Positions 11,261 through 21,769 of a stretch of 34,269 bases of DNA are shown here, one piece after another. A program made the translations under genes and the position numbers. How positions within the stretch are numbered: position 1 is the stretch's first letter; every line of letters starts with the position of its first letter. Under the pieces are notes generated by a model. It saw only the letters and a program-made list of their open reading frames with translations. It made no database searches and was not told the DNA's origin. The stretch comes from Tubiluchus corallicola (Eukaryota > Animalia > Priapulida), in contig JAQGDQ010001571.1 in assembly GCA_030141605.1 (NCBI GenBank), positions 1-34,269 of the forward strand, given 5' to 3'.

Positions 11261-11540
11261 GGAGATGTAGACACTAGAAAAATCAAAGCTGCCTGGTTGG
11301 TTCATGTTTGATCGCCTAGAATCATAGCCAGTGCCCTGGGAAGCCATAAGGATTTCACCTGCTTTTCAGAGAATGAAGCCAAGTATCTACACTCGATAAG
11401 GCGGCCACAAAGTTGAAGCTCAGTGCCCTGAGATACTTAGGGTTTAAATGAAATCCGATTATAATGGGAAATTTTGCTAGAAGTTCCCCCCCCCCCCACC
11501 AGTATTAAAGAGATAAATTGTGGAATAGGTTTTGATTTTG

Positions 11541-11660
11541 TACTACAGCCAAATCACGTTGAAAACACCGGTTCTCGTCTGATCACCAAAGTTAAGCAAC
11601 GTAGAGCCTGGTTAGTGCTTGGATGGGTGACCGCCTAGGAATACCAGGTGCTGTAGGCTT
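11541..11660 (+). rRNA. 5S rRNA: 5S rRNA-derived copy (pseudogene or SINE3 head)
   Basis: 120 nt matching animal 5S (..gaaaacaccggttctcgtctgatcacc..gttaagc..ttggatgggtgaccgcct.ggaatacc.ggtgctgtaggctt); several substitutions; no oligo-T terminator. Confidence 0.88.
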
Positions 11661-11755
11661 GTGGGATGCCCACACTGTGTCTCGACACTAGGCGGAGGAG
11701 CTGCAGAAGCAGCCAACGGCTAGAGGGTGGAGGAGGTCAAGTGACCCAATGGCCA

Positions 11756-13084
11756 TTATCACCTCCTAAAATTAAAATGCCTAATGTTTCTGTTAATCTA
11801 GATCGTATAGTGTAAGGTGACTTAAATCTATGTATCGTATAGATTGAATTTAATATGTCCGCTTAACTCCTAAATGCTATAAGGTGAATCCTTCACCTGA
11901 CTCCGAGAGCTTTGGATATCAGTCTAGTAAGCAATGATCGTCTTATCTAAACTTCACCTTGACCTTCGCGTTGTGAGAAAGGTCTATATCTCTCAAGTTT
12001 CCTAGCTACGCCCCCGCAATATGGACGATAGTTAATTCAAAGAGAACTAATCAGATTCGTATATCGGAAGTAGTGTTGCTTGAGTTAAACACTGATAATA
12101 TACATTAACTCAATTGTTAAATGTCCAAGAGAATTGTTTTATTGATTTACAATAATTACTGCTTAAGTATATCTTACAAGATTTAGTCCTTAAGCGCTTT
12201 TGACGCTCACAATTATTTTGTTAGCTTCACAAAAGTACCTCTCTGAACAATTCTTCAATTCCTAATTCCTATCACCTAAGGTGTATACTTTACACTTATT
12301 CTCACTATAGTACAATGTGAACTTATAAGAACTACTAACGATATGCACAGTTAATTCTCAGTTTTACCAATATGTTAAGAGTACTTAACTCTGCGGATTT
12401 GACCCAATGTACAATACAATATGGTCAATTCCGATAGTTGATACAAGATTTCTCGTCGGCTCAGTGCCCAGATTATCCTAGGAACGCAGAAAGATGTCTA
12501 CGCTGAACTTCAGGAGTTGTCTTGTTGATCGAATCGCCCTCCGTGTGAATTCCCGTACACGTGACTTGCTCCAGTACGTTTCGAGATGTACTGGCTGGAA
12601 CTAGCACCCTGTTATCTGAACTCGGGGCTTATATTTCATTGAGGTAACCTTGCAGTAACCTTGCACAATTTCTGCGTCGTAGGCAACATTTAAAACGTCG
12701 CATGAGGTATCAAAATTTATGGGACAAGTTTTGAAGACGCAGTCATTATACGCCCGTAAAACGTATCCGTGTTCTTTCTTCAAAAAACAATGACCTCGCA
12801 GAGTTTCGTTAATTACTAGCAATCTGTGCATAACGCTCATTATGAACGGTACATCCGTCTCGACTTAATGTTAGCTAATTATCTTAAGCATCTTAGAGTG
12901 TCCTGACGTAAACGCTATTCTTAGTTCTGACATCCTACGCAGTTTACAGTTCATTAAATTCGAGCTTCTCAGCTGAGTGAGTTTCTTATCGCACGATCTG
13001 TAAATTTATTCATGCAATCAGGGAGGCAGGCATCTCTTATACCAAAATATCGAAAATCATCGATTTATAAATTTATTCACCACA
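11756..13084 (-). repeat. 3' LTR (1329 bp)
   Basis: Direct repeat of 23359-24687 (offset 11603; ~16 substitutions by eye); candidate AATAAA at 12138-12143(-). Confidence 0.96.
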
Positions 13085-13085
13085 A

Positions 13086-13097
13086 CTTTCCTCCCCT
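13086..13097 (-). other. Polypurine tract
   Basis: AGGGGAGGAAAG ends 1 nt before the TGTGGTG start of the 3' LTR. Confidence 0.88.
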
Positions 13098-13549
13098 AAC
13101 ACTCACCTCAGATGTAGCACGAATTTAATGATCTGATCTAAGATCTTAACTTTTGGAAGCTCCTTAATTAGATACATTAGCAACATTACATGTTACATCT
13201 TAATATATTATGGGACATTCCATCTTGGAGGTCATGGTGGCGGGATACCATTGTCCATCGGGTCTTTCCGACTTCCTGGACCGGGGTTGTGATTCCACTG
13301 ATCTCCTGAGATTCTTCCTCAGATACCCCTTATTGTCTTTTCCGACTTCATCTTCTTCCCGCCTTCCATTTCCAATGGTCCCATCCTTCTGTAACATAAA
13401 ATACATTCTGCAGTATCATAAGTTCATCATGTACAATTATTTACATCGATCCCTTTAAACCTAATTGGGTGGTTTCCCTACCATCATCCAATGTTACCAG
13501 CCTGTTATGTATATACTATCTACAATTTTAGTATCATGTCCATCCTCAC

Positions 13550-15751
13550 TTATATTTCAGTGACCCGTTCGATCCTTTTCGGGTTAGTTTTTCGGGCAGC
13601 GGGTTGGGGTATTTCCCTCAACTCCAGCTCCTCAGGGTCCTCACTATGCCGTCTAGCTCTTTTAACCTTAATCCTGGGTTCCTGTTCTTCAGGAGTCCCA
13701 GAGGGCATGTGTCTAGTCACCTTAACAGGTTGTTCATCGTCAGTCGGGGTTTTGGTATACCTATTACCTATTCTAGGCATCAAAGAATTTAAAACCAAAA
13801 GGCCACTTCTCCTTTTCCAATAGCAGAACACTCCTACTATCAGGAGTACGGCCACTATAGCCCCTATTAAGACCCATTTCCTAAAACCCGTTAGCCAATC
13901 TTTGGCTCCCGTCTCGTTCAATGCTCGTCGTTGTCGTTCAAGTCGTTCCCCATTTTGTTCAATGGAGGTTTTAAGGTCGTCTAAGGATAAATCGAATTGG
14001 TCCCAAGTCTGGTGGGCTGGCGGTTTTACATATTCAGGGATCATATCTACCGTACCGGGAGTTATGTTCTGTAATTCACTCAATTCTCTATAGAACCTCT
14101 CAATCATCTCACTCGTTGGCAACTCAATCTGGTCTTCTTTCAACCGTATCTGTGAGTTCCGATAATAATAGGTGGGTAACTCAAAAGACCTTGAGTGTAC
14201 CTTACACCCATTCCCAATGATTATTAATTTAGGTTCTTTAATCCTCTCCTCTGAGGATGTTATTCTATTAGTTCCAGGGCTTGGACAGGTATATGTAATC
14301 AAAGTCTCGCTAAATGGAGATACATACCAAGTCCCGGCAGTAATATAGGTAACAACGGCCTCTGGGTGTTTTATTACTTTTACCCTACGCTTGCAGGCTT
14401 CTAATGTCTTATCAGGCCGGTTATGAAACAACACGGCTGGACATGCCGTTGCGTAAGCAGTTGACCTTACTGGTACTTTTAATTGGCACGGTTCTCTACT
14501 CCTATCTAAACATAACTCCGTATCATGATTTTCGGGCAAGAAGAACTTTGTTCTTTCTATATTGATACCAAAATATTTCCTTCCAGGATTGAGGTAAATA
14601 TAGCCCGAAGAATTCGGCATTATCATAGGTATAGGTACGATCTGAAATAAATCGAACCTATCTTGATCAGGCTGCAACGATATGAGGGCTAGCACCGCAT
14701 ATCCTTCGGCTGTAGCCAATAGCGTGACTTCCATGGTCTCGTAATAATATAGTAAATCTCCTTCCGGCCTTTCCGGTAAGGACAAAGTACTAGGTAATGC
14801 CTTTTGTATCTCGTACAGTGTATCTCGCAACTGTGCAGGTCCTAATAACAGAGGCGACATTGTGCCTAGCAATAAAGTAGACAACATATCCGTTGTCTTG
14901 TGCACATTATCAGTCAACCTTCGCATTGTATTGGAAATGCGCTGCATCAGTGCCATTATTTCAGTTAAAGCTACCATCTCATGAGTCATGATCTGGGCGT
15001 GGTATGCAAATTCCACTTTAAGATCAGCTAAATTATATTTCAGGTCGGCAGTGTCATTCTGTAATAACATTATATGCCTAGTATTTTCTTGACTCTGGAT
15101 GTGCATATAATTAATTAAAGTCACAGATTTTTCAAGGATGTGCTGCATCGATTCTTGGGAGGCCTGTATCAGATTTAGCTTTCCGGCCAGGGCTTGTATG
15201 TCTTCTTCGGTTGCAGTTCCGGTTAGGGCTTTAGAGATTTTTCCTAAAAAGGGAAGTAAACTTCGCCTCGATCGGCTTCCTCTAGCCCAACCTTCTAGAT
15301 TCATCTAGGATGAAGGTTCAAGCCTGGACTTATCCTTGCTTGGGGACAGATGACGGTTTCCTGCTCTTTCAGAGGCCAGGAGATGCGCTATATCGCTCGT
15401 CTTTTGCTCTAGCTCTTGTATCTGAGCCAGATAAGTGGAAGCAGTAGTGTTTACCAACACTGTAATAGCTTCCAGGAACCTATCCTCCTGATACTGGGTA
15501 GTGTGGGGTTCATCCACACGTCTAGCCGGGTCCCAAGAATGATTTCTTAGTATAATCATTTCTCGCTTTAGGGCTTCCAAGCAAAGTTCAACTGGGCTAA
15601 TGTTCAATTGCATTAATAGGGCCCATCTAGATTGAGATACTTGGACTTCACCTCTACGTATAAAGATCGCTCCGGGGCTCGTTACTATATTGGCTTCACA
15701 GAGTACCAACATGAGACTCCCGAACATCCACAGCACTATTCTGGATTCCAT
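13550..15751 (-). CDS. env: Envelope glycoprotein, class I fusion (baculovirus F / errantivirus Env type), with one in-frame TAG at 15305-15307
   Basis: Signal peptide MESRIVLWMFGSLMLVLCEA; furin site RSRR then fusion peptide SLLPFLGKISKALTGTATEED; heptad region; Cys-rich domain; TM WVLIGAIVAVLLIVGVFCYW; the two listed ORFs abut in the same frame. Confidence 0.9.
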
Positions 15752-15754
15752 ATT

Positions 15755-15772
15755 CTGAAAAATAGGCCAAAA
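15755..15772 (-). promoter_or_regulatory. Putative env splice acceptor
   Basis: ttttggcctatttttcag|AAT ATG, 3 nt before the env start codon. Confidence 0.7.
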
Positions 15773-16711
15773 TATCATAGCCTTAAAATCTGGACTCACT
15801 GTACGTTTAACTCAATTAAATATTCTCTTATTCTTCAGGTTAGGGGACTTTTCCTCCCCCTAGAGTGGCCCTAACCTCTTTCATGAATTTAGTAAGCTAT
15901 TAAGTTCTAGCCTTACTATTCATTGTTAGATCTACTGCGCGTAGGCAGGTATTAGTTCTCGATCCAATTAGAGATCAAGCATCTCAAGAGTTCATAACTA
16001 TACTAAACCGCTCGCTAACAGTTTCTGATCTATCCACTTTAATCTTTAAATTTATTTCGCATGCGTTGCCTTCAATTCTATTTGAATCAAGGACTTTCCT
16101 CTTTTACATAGCGCTGCGTGCATTTACACTTCCGAAGCAATGCTCAAGATATTTGGCCTTTACCAATGGCTACGTATATCTTATGTTAACCACTGTGCAC
16201 GGTGATTGGCAAACACTACTCTCGGTAGCATAATCTATTATATTTATGTCTCAAAGTTCTATTATTGTCTCTTATAGGTCGGGTTCCCATCTGTTCGCAT
16301 TCTACTCATTCCAACCATTATTCTTTATTTAACCTCACTTTATACTACGTATTATACATAATTTTCCCTCTTTAATCATTTAATTCATTTTTATTTTTAT
16401 TTTCTTCTAGACCAAGCTTTGACAGTATTCTTCAGTGACCCCTATACAACACAGCATCCCATGTTAATGGTCACACTTGTTCGTGCTGCCCTCTGTAGTC
16501 TGGCGAGTTAGTTGGCCACCTAACTCTGCCAACTACGCTTGACCTATTTCTTATTTCTAGTTATATTTCCTATACTGCGCTGTTCACTACCTTAGCTGAA
16601 CGATGCGCTACGACTCCTTCTGTGCCCTCAGGCACTTAACTTTCACTTTCTCTACAGCTCTACTTATGAGGTCATTATACTAATGCAAACACCCGTACTC
16701 TATTTAAACTT

Positions 16712-19700
16712 TCACTTTCTAAGCCAGCGTCTCCAAACGCTGAGCCAACCCTCAGGTTTCTTAGCCTGGGCTTTTATTTGAGACATTGTTATAACTCGTT
16801 CTAACTGGGGAGGTCCTTCATCTTCCGACTCTTCAGCACTGTCCTGTTTAGAGACTTCGCTAAAAGCCGCATCGCTCTCAGTGCGTCTTGATTTTGCACT
16901 AATTTCGGAGAGCTCACTAGTGCTATCACTCCTAGGTCGCTTTGTGGTGCTAGAGTGTACTTCGTCAGGTCTTAATAATGGTGGTGGTGAACCGCTAGAA
17001 ATCTCTGACTTTTCATCTTCCGGGATACCTGGGCGGGGCGTCTCTTCTTCTTCAGACTGCCCTTCACCGAGGTCACCTAACCTAAGTTCCGGAAGGCTAT
17101 CTCCGTTTTCCCTATCTGACTGTAAGAACGGAGCATCAAAAGGATCCCATGCCAAACTTTCGGCAGGTTCGGTAGGCTTTTCACTTCCCTCTTGCCCTTG
17201 ACTTACTGTCACTTCTGGCAAAGAGGTGAGTACAGGAGCTGACCCCTCCTGACCCCTTTTACTAAAGTCTTCTCCTTCCTGGGAGATTTCGGGTTCCGGC
17301 ACGCGGGCAGCTCTACGCAGAGGTCTGCCTGCTTTATTTAATTTTCGAGCTCCTGGTTTAGTAGACCAGGCAGCTGTGGGAGGGACTAGGCGCAAGTGGG
17401 TTACATGACACGTTCTTACTCGACCCGTGTCCATGTTCTTAATTTTATATCTATGTTTACCCAACCTTGTTAGTACAACATGGTTGCTTTCCCAATACTG
17501 GTGTAACTTCCTAGAAGCTTTTGGCTTTGTGGCTTGATTATAATAAAATACCACATCACCAGCTCTAAAATGTCTCGTATGGGCCTTTCTGTCATATAAT
17601 TCCTTACACTTTGCCCTAGCTAATTCAGTTCTTTTCTTTGCTACTACAAATGCTTGATGCATTGTTTGCAAATAATTCTCAAAGTAATCTTCTCCCACGT
17701 ATTTCTCTGGTTCTGCCAAGTGATTTTCTATCACTCCTCGCGGTGCACGTGCAAATAACAGGTAGTACGGCGAGAATCCCGACGTACTATGTATTGAGGT
17801 CCTATAGGCGGCTAAGGCCCTTGGGATATGCTTGTCCCAATTCCCGGGATCTGTGTCCGTTAGCTGCCTTAATAAACTCATCAACGTTCCATGTTGACGT
17901 TCCTCAATTGCATTGCCTGGGGGGTTGTATGGGGTTATTGTAATATGTCGTATCCCATAGTGCTTAGTCAATCTCTTAGTCATATCGTTTACATATGATT
18001 TATCATTGTCAGTTAACAATTTAATTGGGGCACCGTACCTACAGATAATTTCATTAACAAATGCTTCCGTCACTGTTTCAGCCTTTTTATCAGGTATGCC
18101 TATGGCATCTACCCATTTAGTAGCTAAATCAGTAAACGAAATTATATATTTATTTCCATTTTCTGTCATAGGTAAAGGACTTACAATGTCGGTTGCCACT
18201 GTTTGATAGGGCACTATTGGAATTGGTGCCTCTTGCATAGGGAACCTTACCACATTTCTACTCTTCCTGTTACATGTGGGGCAATTCTCTATAAATTTCT
18301 TACAGTCTTGCCGGATGGTGGACCACCAAAATTTTATAAGAACCTTGTTGACCGTTTTAGCCAATGCAAAATGTCCTCCGGCGTAAGAACTATGTATTTC
18401 TCGAATAATTTCTTCTACTAGCACTGTGGGGACTACTATCAAATAATAACTCCCCTCATTTTCTCCATATTTTTTATTAATACGACACAATAACCCGTCA
18501 TCATTAATGGCATAATCCTCCATTAATCTGTAGGCCTCCTGTGATTGTTTGGGGCTAGTAATGACATGAATTAGGTAGGAGAGCGTTGCATCCTGACTTT
18601 GCAACAAGGCAAATCGTTTCTTATCAATTAACGCCTCCTTAACCTTACTGTCAGTCGTTAACTCAGTGACCTCTGATCGGGTCACGTCCGGACCTGGCTG
18701 TCGGCCAGTCTTAGTACCTACAGTAACTTTATTACGTTTGAGCAATGCTTCTTCGCGCAAGTGCACTTTCCTCTTGGGAAATAATATCCCAGAAGAATGG
18801 TCAGACTGAACCCTATTTTCAATTTCGTTCTCTAATGAACTAGATCTGCCATCCGCAGTAAAGGTCTCAGCAGAGGCCCCTGGGCGTGCTGGATCATTAA
18901 ATGTACTGCTTCCTGATGGTGAACTATCATCTCCTATAGCGGCCAATTTATGAGTTCTATTTTCATTCTCTAGGCGGCGCAACCTATCATCTAAGTCCTT
19001 TTTTGTAAATTCCGGTCTCGCTTGCGGTTCCATTAACTTCATTGGTAGTCGACTATAATGATCCACGGGATTCTTATTCCCGGGACAATACTCAATTTTC
19101 GCATTTTGCTGCGACAATAACAAGGCCCACCTCTCTAATTTTGCATTTTTCAATTGTTTGCTCTCAAGCAAATACTGCAAACTCTTATGGTCTGTGCGTA
19201 TAACGTAGCGACTACCATACAGATAATGATGTAATTTCCGTATGCCATAAATTATCGCGTATAATTCGCGCTCTGACGCAGTCCAACGCTGCTGGGTAGG
19301 TGTTAATTGATGAGAGAAAAATTCCACAGGCCTCTCCTCTTCATCAATTTCTTGAGTTAGTACACCTCCCACACTATATAAGCTTGCATCCGTATATAAA
19401 ATATAGGGCCTCTCCGTGTCTGGGTGCGTTAACATAACGGGGTTCAATAATGCCTCTTTCAACTCTTTGAAAGCTTTTTCTTGGGCGTTCCCCCATACAA
19501 ACTTAACATTTTTCCTCGTTAGTTCTGTTAAAGGCCGAGCTATTTCCGCAAATCTCGGTATGTTAGCTCGGTAGTAATTACAACTACCTATAAAACTTCG
19601 CACCCCTCTCACATTTACTGGGCGGTCCATTGTTTGTACAGCTTTTGCACGTTCGGGATCGGGTCTTAATCCATCCTTGCTAATTATATAGCCCAAAAAT

Positions 19701-21769
19701 TGCACTTCTGACTTAAAAAATTGACATTTCGATGGCTTTAGGCGCAAATTCGCCTCCTTTAAACGTCTAAACACCTCTTTCAAGTGTTTTAAATGCTCCT
19801 CCCTGGATCTTGAATACACGAGAATGTCATCCAGGTAGGCTATACTAAATTTATCAGTTATCCCATCTAATAACTTATTAATGACCCGCCAAAACACTGA
19901 TGGGCTAGTTAAAAGACCCATGGGGCTACGGGTAAACATATATGCCCCACTTTGGGTTACAAAGGCAGTTTTAGGCTGGTCATCTCGGTGAACAGGTATT
20001 TGCAAAAACCCTTGTCTTAAATCTAGACAACTAAAATATTTGGCTCCTTGCAATTTGTCAGTAAAATTGGACAAGGTTCGACTAGGAAAAGCGTCGAACT
20101 TTACACACTTATTGATTTTCCTATAATCTATCACTAACCTATAACTCTTTCCATCAGCCTTTTTAACTAATAAACAAGGTGACGCCCACGGGCTATTAGC
20201 TGGTACTATTATCTTTGCTGCCAATAATTCACGAATGATCTTATCTAATTCTTTTTCTAAATTATTGGGTATTTGATATGGTTTTGATCGAATAGGTTCC
20301 GCAGTTCCAGTATCAATTCTCATTTCAGCTAATTTTGTCTGCCCTAGTTCTAGGTCGGTGCTAGCAAACACCCCTTTCCAGGCATTTAATAACTTTTCTA
20401 GCTTTGATCGCCAAATGGGAGCCAAATGATCCAAATTAAACTCAGCATCTACCCGTTCTCCCGAAATTCCATCATGATACCGCCATTGTTTGTAACCATC
20501 CTTTATATTCGCCGTAAATTCACTAGGCGAGGGACTCCCCAAATCTTGGAGTTCTACAAACATTCCGCCTCTATTATCATATTGAACCTTGAGTCCGCCC
20601 TCCTGCGGACAATTACCTGCTGCCCTACTACGCGTTTTATTATTAGGCACCTTGCCTCTAGCCATTGCATTTACTGCTAATCGTCGGTCATTAAAGACCC
20701 GGGGAACCTGCTTCATTCCCTTGTTTCGCGTGGGCACGCAGTGAAGGTTATCATCTTGATACCTTCGTCCATTAATAACACTTTTTACCTTTTTCGAACC
20801 GCTATTAGTTTTCCATTTATTCGCTAGCGCTATTGCTAATACATTCGATACGCTAGTTTCTTGCGCGGTGCCAATCACACAATTCTTCCTAATCCTTAAG
20901 GGTCTATTTGAATTATTACGTATAAGCAACGAACTCCTACGTCCTTCGTCTACTTCTATTATACCAGTTTCAAATCCAACATCTGGGCGATTTTTAAAAG
21001 CAGGCGCATGTTCAGCCATTTCGACACACAAAAGTTGTCCTGGTGGCCTATCTCTCTTAATTCGGGTTCGCATTACGATCTCACTGTACTTCGGAATTAA
21101 GGCATTTTCATCAGCAAGGAGAATTTCAAGTTCTCCCTCGCTGACTTGATCTAAGGCAAGAAGATGAGCCTTCTTACCTATAACCATTAATTTTCGGCCA
21201 CAATCTAATGAGGCATTCATAGACTGAAGCGCATCAATACCCAAAATAGCCTTGTGCCTCATTTCAACAATTTGATATTTAATGTTAAACAGGCTATCGC
21301 TAAATTTGGTCTCTATATTTTTCGAGCCTATTACTGGTAAGGCTGTGCCTGAGGCACCTTTCAATGTTACACTGCTCGCATTGCAAGGCCCCATTCCCAA
21401 CTGCTTGTATTGTGCTAATGACACACATGAGGTCGTCGCGCCCGTATCAATTAACATGCGCACAGGCCTACCATTTAATTCTACTAGGCAGGTTGGCTGG
21501 GTGACCAGCTTCTCCTGTTGGCCTGGTAACCTATCAGGTGGGTACGCACTTACCGCGTCCCAACTTCCTCTATTTATATTCGTTACCCTTAAGTTATGTT
21601 GGCACTTATTACGCGCATCACGCCTTTTTTTATTTACAGTTTTACTACTACATTTTCTATACATATCCATTTTACTCATAATTCTATTATTCATAATTCC
21701 GCTTGTCTCCGCTACAAAAGGTGGGCTCCCGACGGGGGAGATGACCCGCTGGGAGCCTAATAGTTTTCC
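16712..21769 (-). CDS. pol: Pol polyprotein (aspartic protease, RT, RNase H, integrase), entered by -1 frameshift
   Basis: LIDTGAT, YLDD, YTDAS, H..H..CPTC, TDIV/TDND/ERQH; uninterrupted ORF of ~1680 codons. Confidence 0.96.
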   Translation of the reverse strand, partial: GKLLGSQRVISPVGSPPFVAETSGIMNNRIMSKMDMYRKCSSKTVNKKRRDARNKCQHNLRVTNINRGSWDAVSAYPPDRLPGQQEKLVTQPTCLVELNGRPVRMLIDTGATTSCVSLAQYKQLGMGPCNASSVTLKGASGTALPVIGSKNIETKFSDSLFNIKYQIVEMRHKAILGIDALQSMNASLDCGRKLMVIGKKAHLLALDQVSEGELEILLADENALIPKYSEIVMRTRIKRDRPPGQLLCVEMAEHAPAFKNRPDVGFETGIIEVDEGRRSSLLIRNNSNRPLRIRKNCVIGTAQETSVSNVLAIALANKWKTNSGSKKVKSVINGRRYQDDNLHCVPTRNKGMKQVPRVFNDRRLAVNAMARGKVPNNKTRSRAAGNCPQEGGLKVQYDNRGGMFVELQDLGSPSPSEFTANIKDGYKQWRYHDGISGERVDAEFNLDHLAPIWRSKLEKLLNAWKGVFASTDLELGQTKLAEMRIDTGTAEPIRSKPYQIPNNLEKELDKIIRELLAAKIIVPANSPWASPCLLVKKADGKSYRLVIDYRKINKCVKFDAFPSRTLSNFTDKLQGAKYFSCLDLRQGFLQIPVHRDDQPKTAFVTQSGAYMFTRSPMGLLTSPSVFWRVINKLLDGITDKFSIAYLDDILVYSRSREEHLKHLKEVFRRLKEANLRLKPSKCQFFKSEVQFLGYIISKDGLRPDPERAKAVQTMDRPVNVRGVRSFIGSCNYYRANIPRFAEIARPLTELTRKNVKFVWGNAQEKAFKELKEALLNPVMLTHPDTERPYILYTDASLYSVGGVLTQEIDEEERPVEFFSHQLTPTQQRWTASERELYAIIYGIRKLHHYLYGSRYVIRTDHKSLQYLLESKQLKNAKLERWALLLSQQNAKIEYCPGNKNPVDHYSRLPMKLMEPQARPEFTKKDLDDRLRRLENENRTHKLAAIGDDSSPSGSSTFNDPARPGASAETFTADGRSSSLENEIENRVQSDHSSGILFPKRKVHLREEALLKRNKVTVGTKTGRQPGPDVTRSEVTELTTDSKVKEALIDKKRFALLQSQDATLSYLIHVITSPKQSQEAYRLMEDYAINDDGLLCRINKKYGENEGSYYLIVVPTVLVEEIIREIHSSYAGGHFALAKTVNKVLIKFWWSTIRQDCKKFIENCPTCNRKSRNVVRFPMQEAPIPIVPYQTVATDIVSPLPMTENGNKYIISFTDLATKWVDAIGIPDKKAETVTEAFVNEIICRYGAPIKLLTDNDKSYVNDMTKRLTKHYGIRHITITPYNPPGNAIEERQHGTLMSLLRQLTDTDPGNWDKHIPRALAAYRTSIHSTSGFSPYYLLFARAPRGVIENHLAEPEKYVGEDYFENYLQTMHQAFVVAKKRTELARAKCKELYDRKAHTRHFRAGDVVFYYNQATKPKASRKLHQYWESNHVVLTRLGKHRYKIKNMDTGRVRTCHVTHLRLVPPTAAWSTKPGARKLNKAGRPLRRAARVPEPEISQEGEDFSKRGQEGSAPVLTSLPEVTVSQGQEGSEKPTEPAESLAWDPFDAPFLQSDRENGDSLPELRLGDLGEGQSEEEETPRPGIPEDEKSEISSGSPPPLLRPDEVHSSTTKRPRSDSTSELSEISAKSRRTESDAAFSEVSKQDSAEESEDEGPPQLERVITMSQIKAQAKKPEGWLSVWRRWLRK
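21724..21769 (-). promoter_or_regulatory. -1 programmed ribosomal frameshift signal
   Basis: G_GAA_AAC one codon before the gag TAG, 5-nt spacer, hairpin GGCTCCC-A-GCGGG..CCCGT-C-GGGAGCC; pol is in the -1 frame. Confidence 0.82.

Noticed and set aside
11541-11660. Functional 5S rDNA array unit
   Set aside because: Single copy with an altered 5' end, internal substitutions and no T-run terminator.
12601-12840. 79-aa ORF duplicated at 24204-24443
   Set aside because: Lies in LTR U3 upstream of the likely TSS; duplication follows from LTR identity; no recognisable motif.
16400-16440. Hammerhead ribozyme (CUGAAGA on the minus strand)
   Set aside because: No stem II followed by GAAA and no matching cleavage-site stems.
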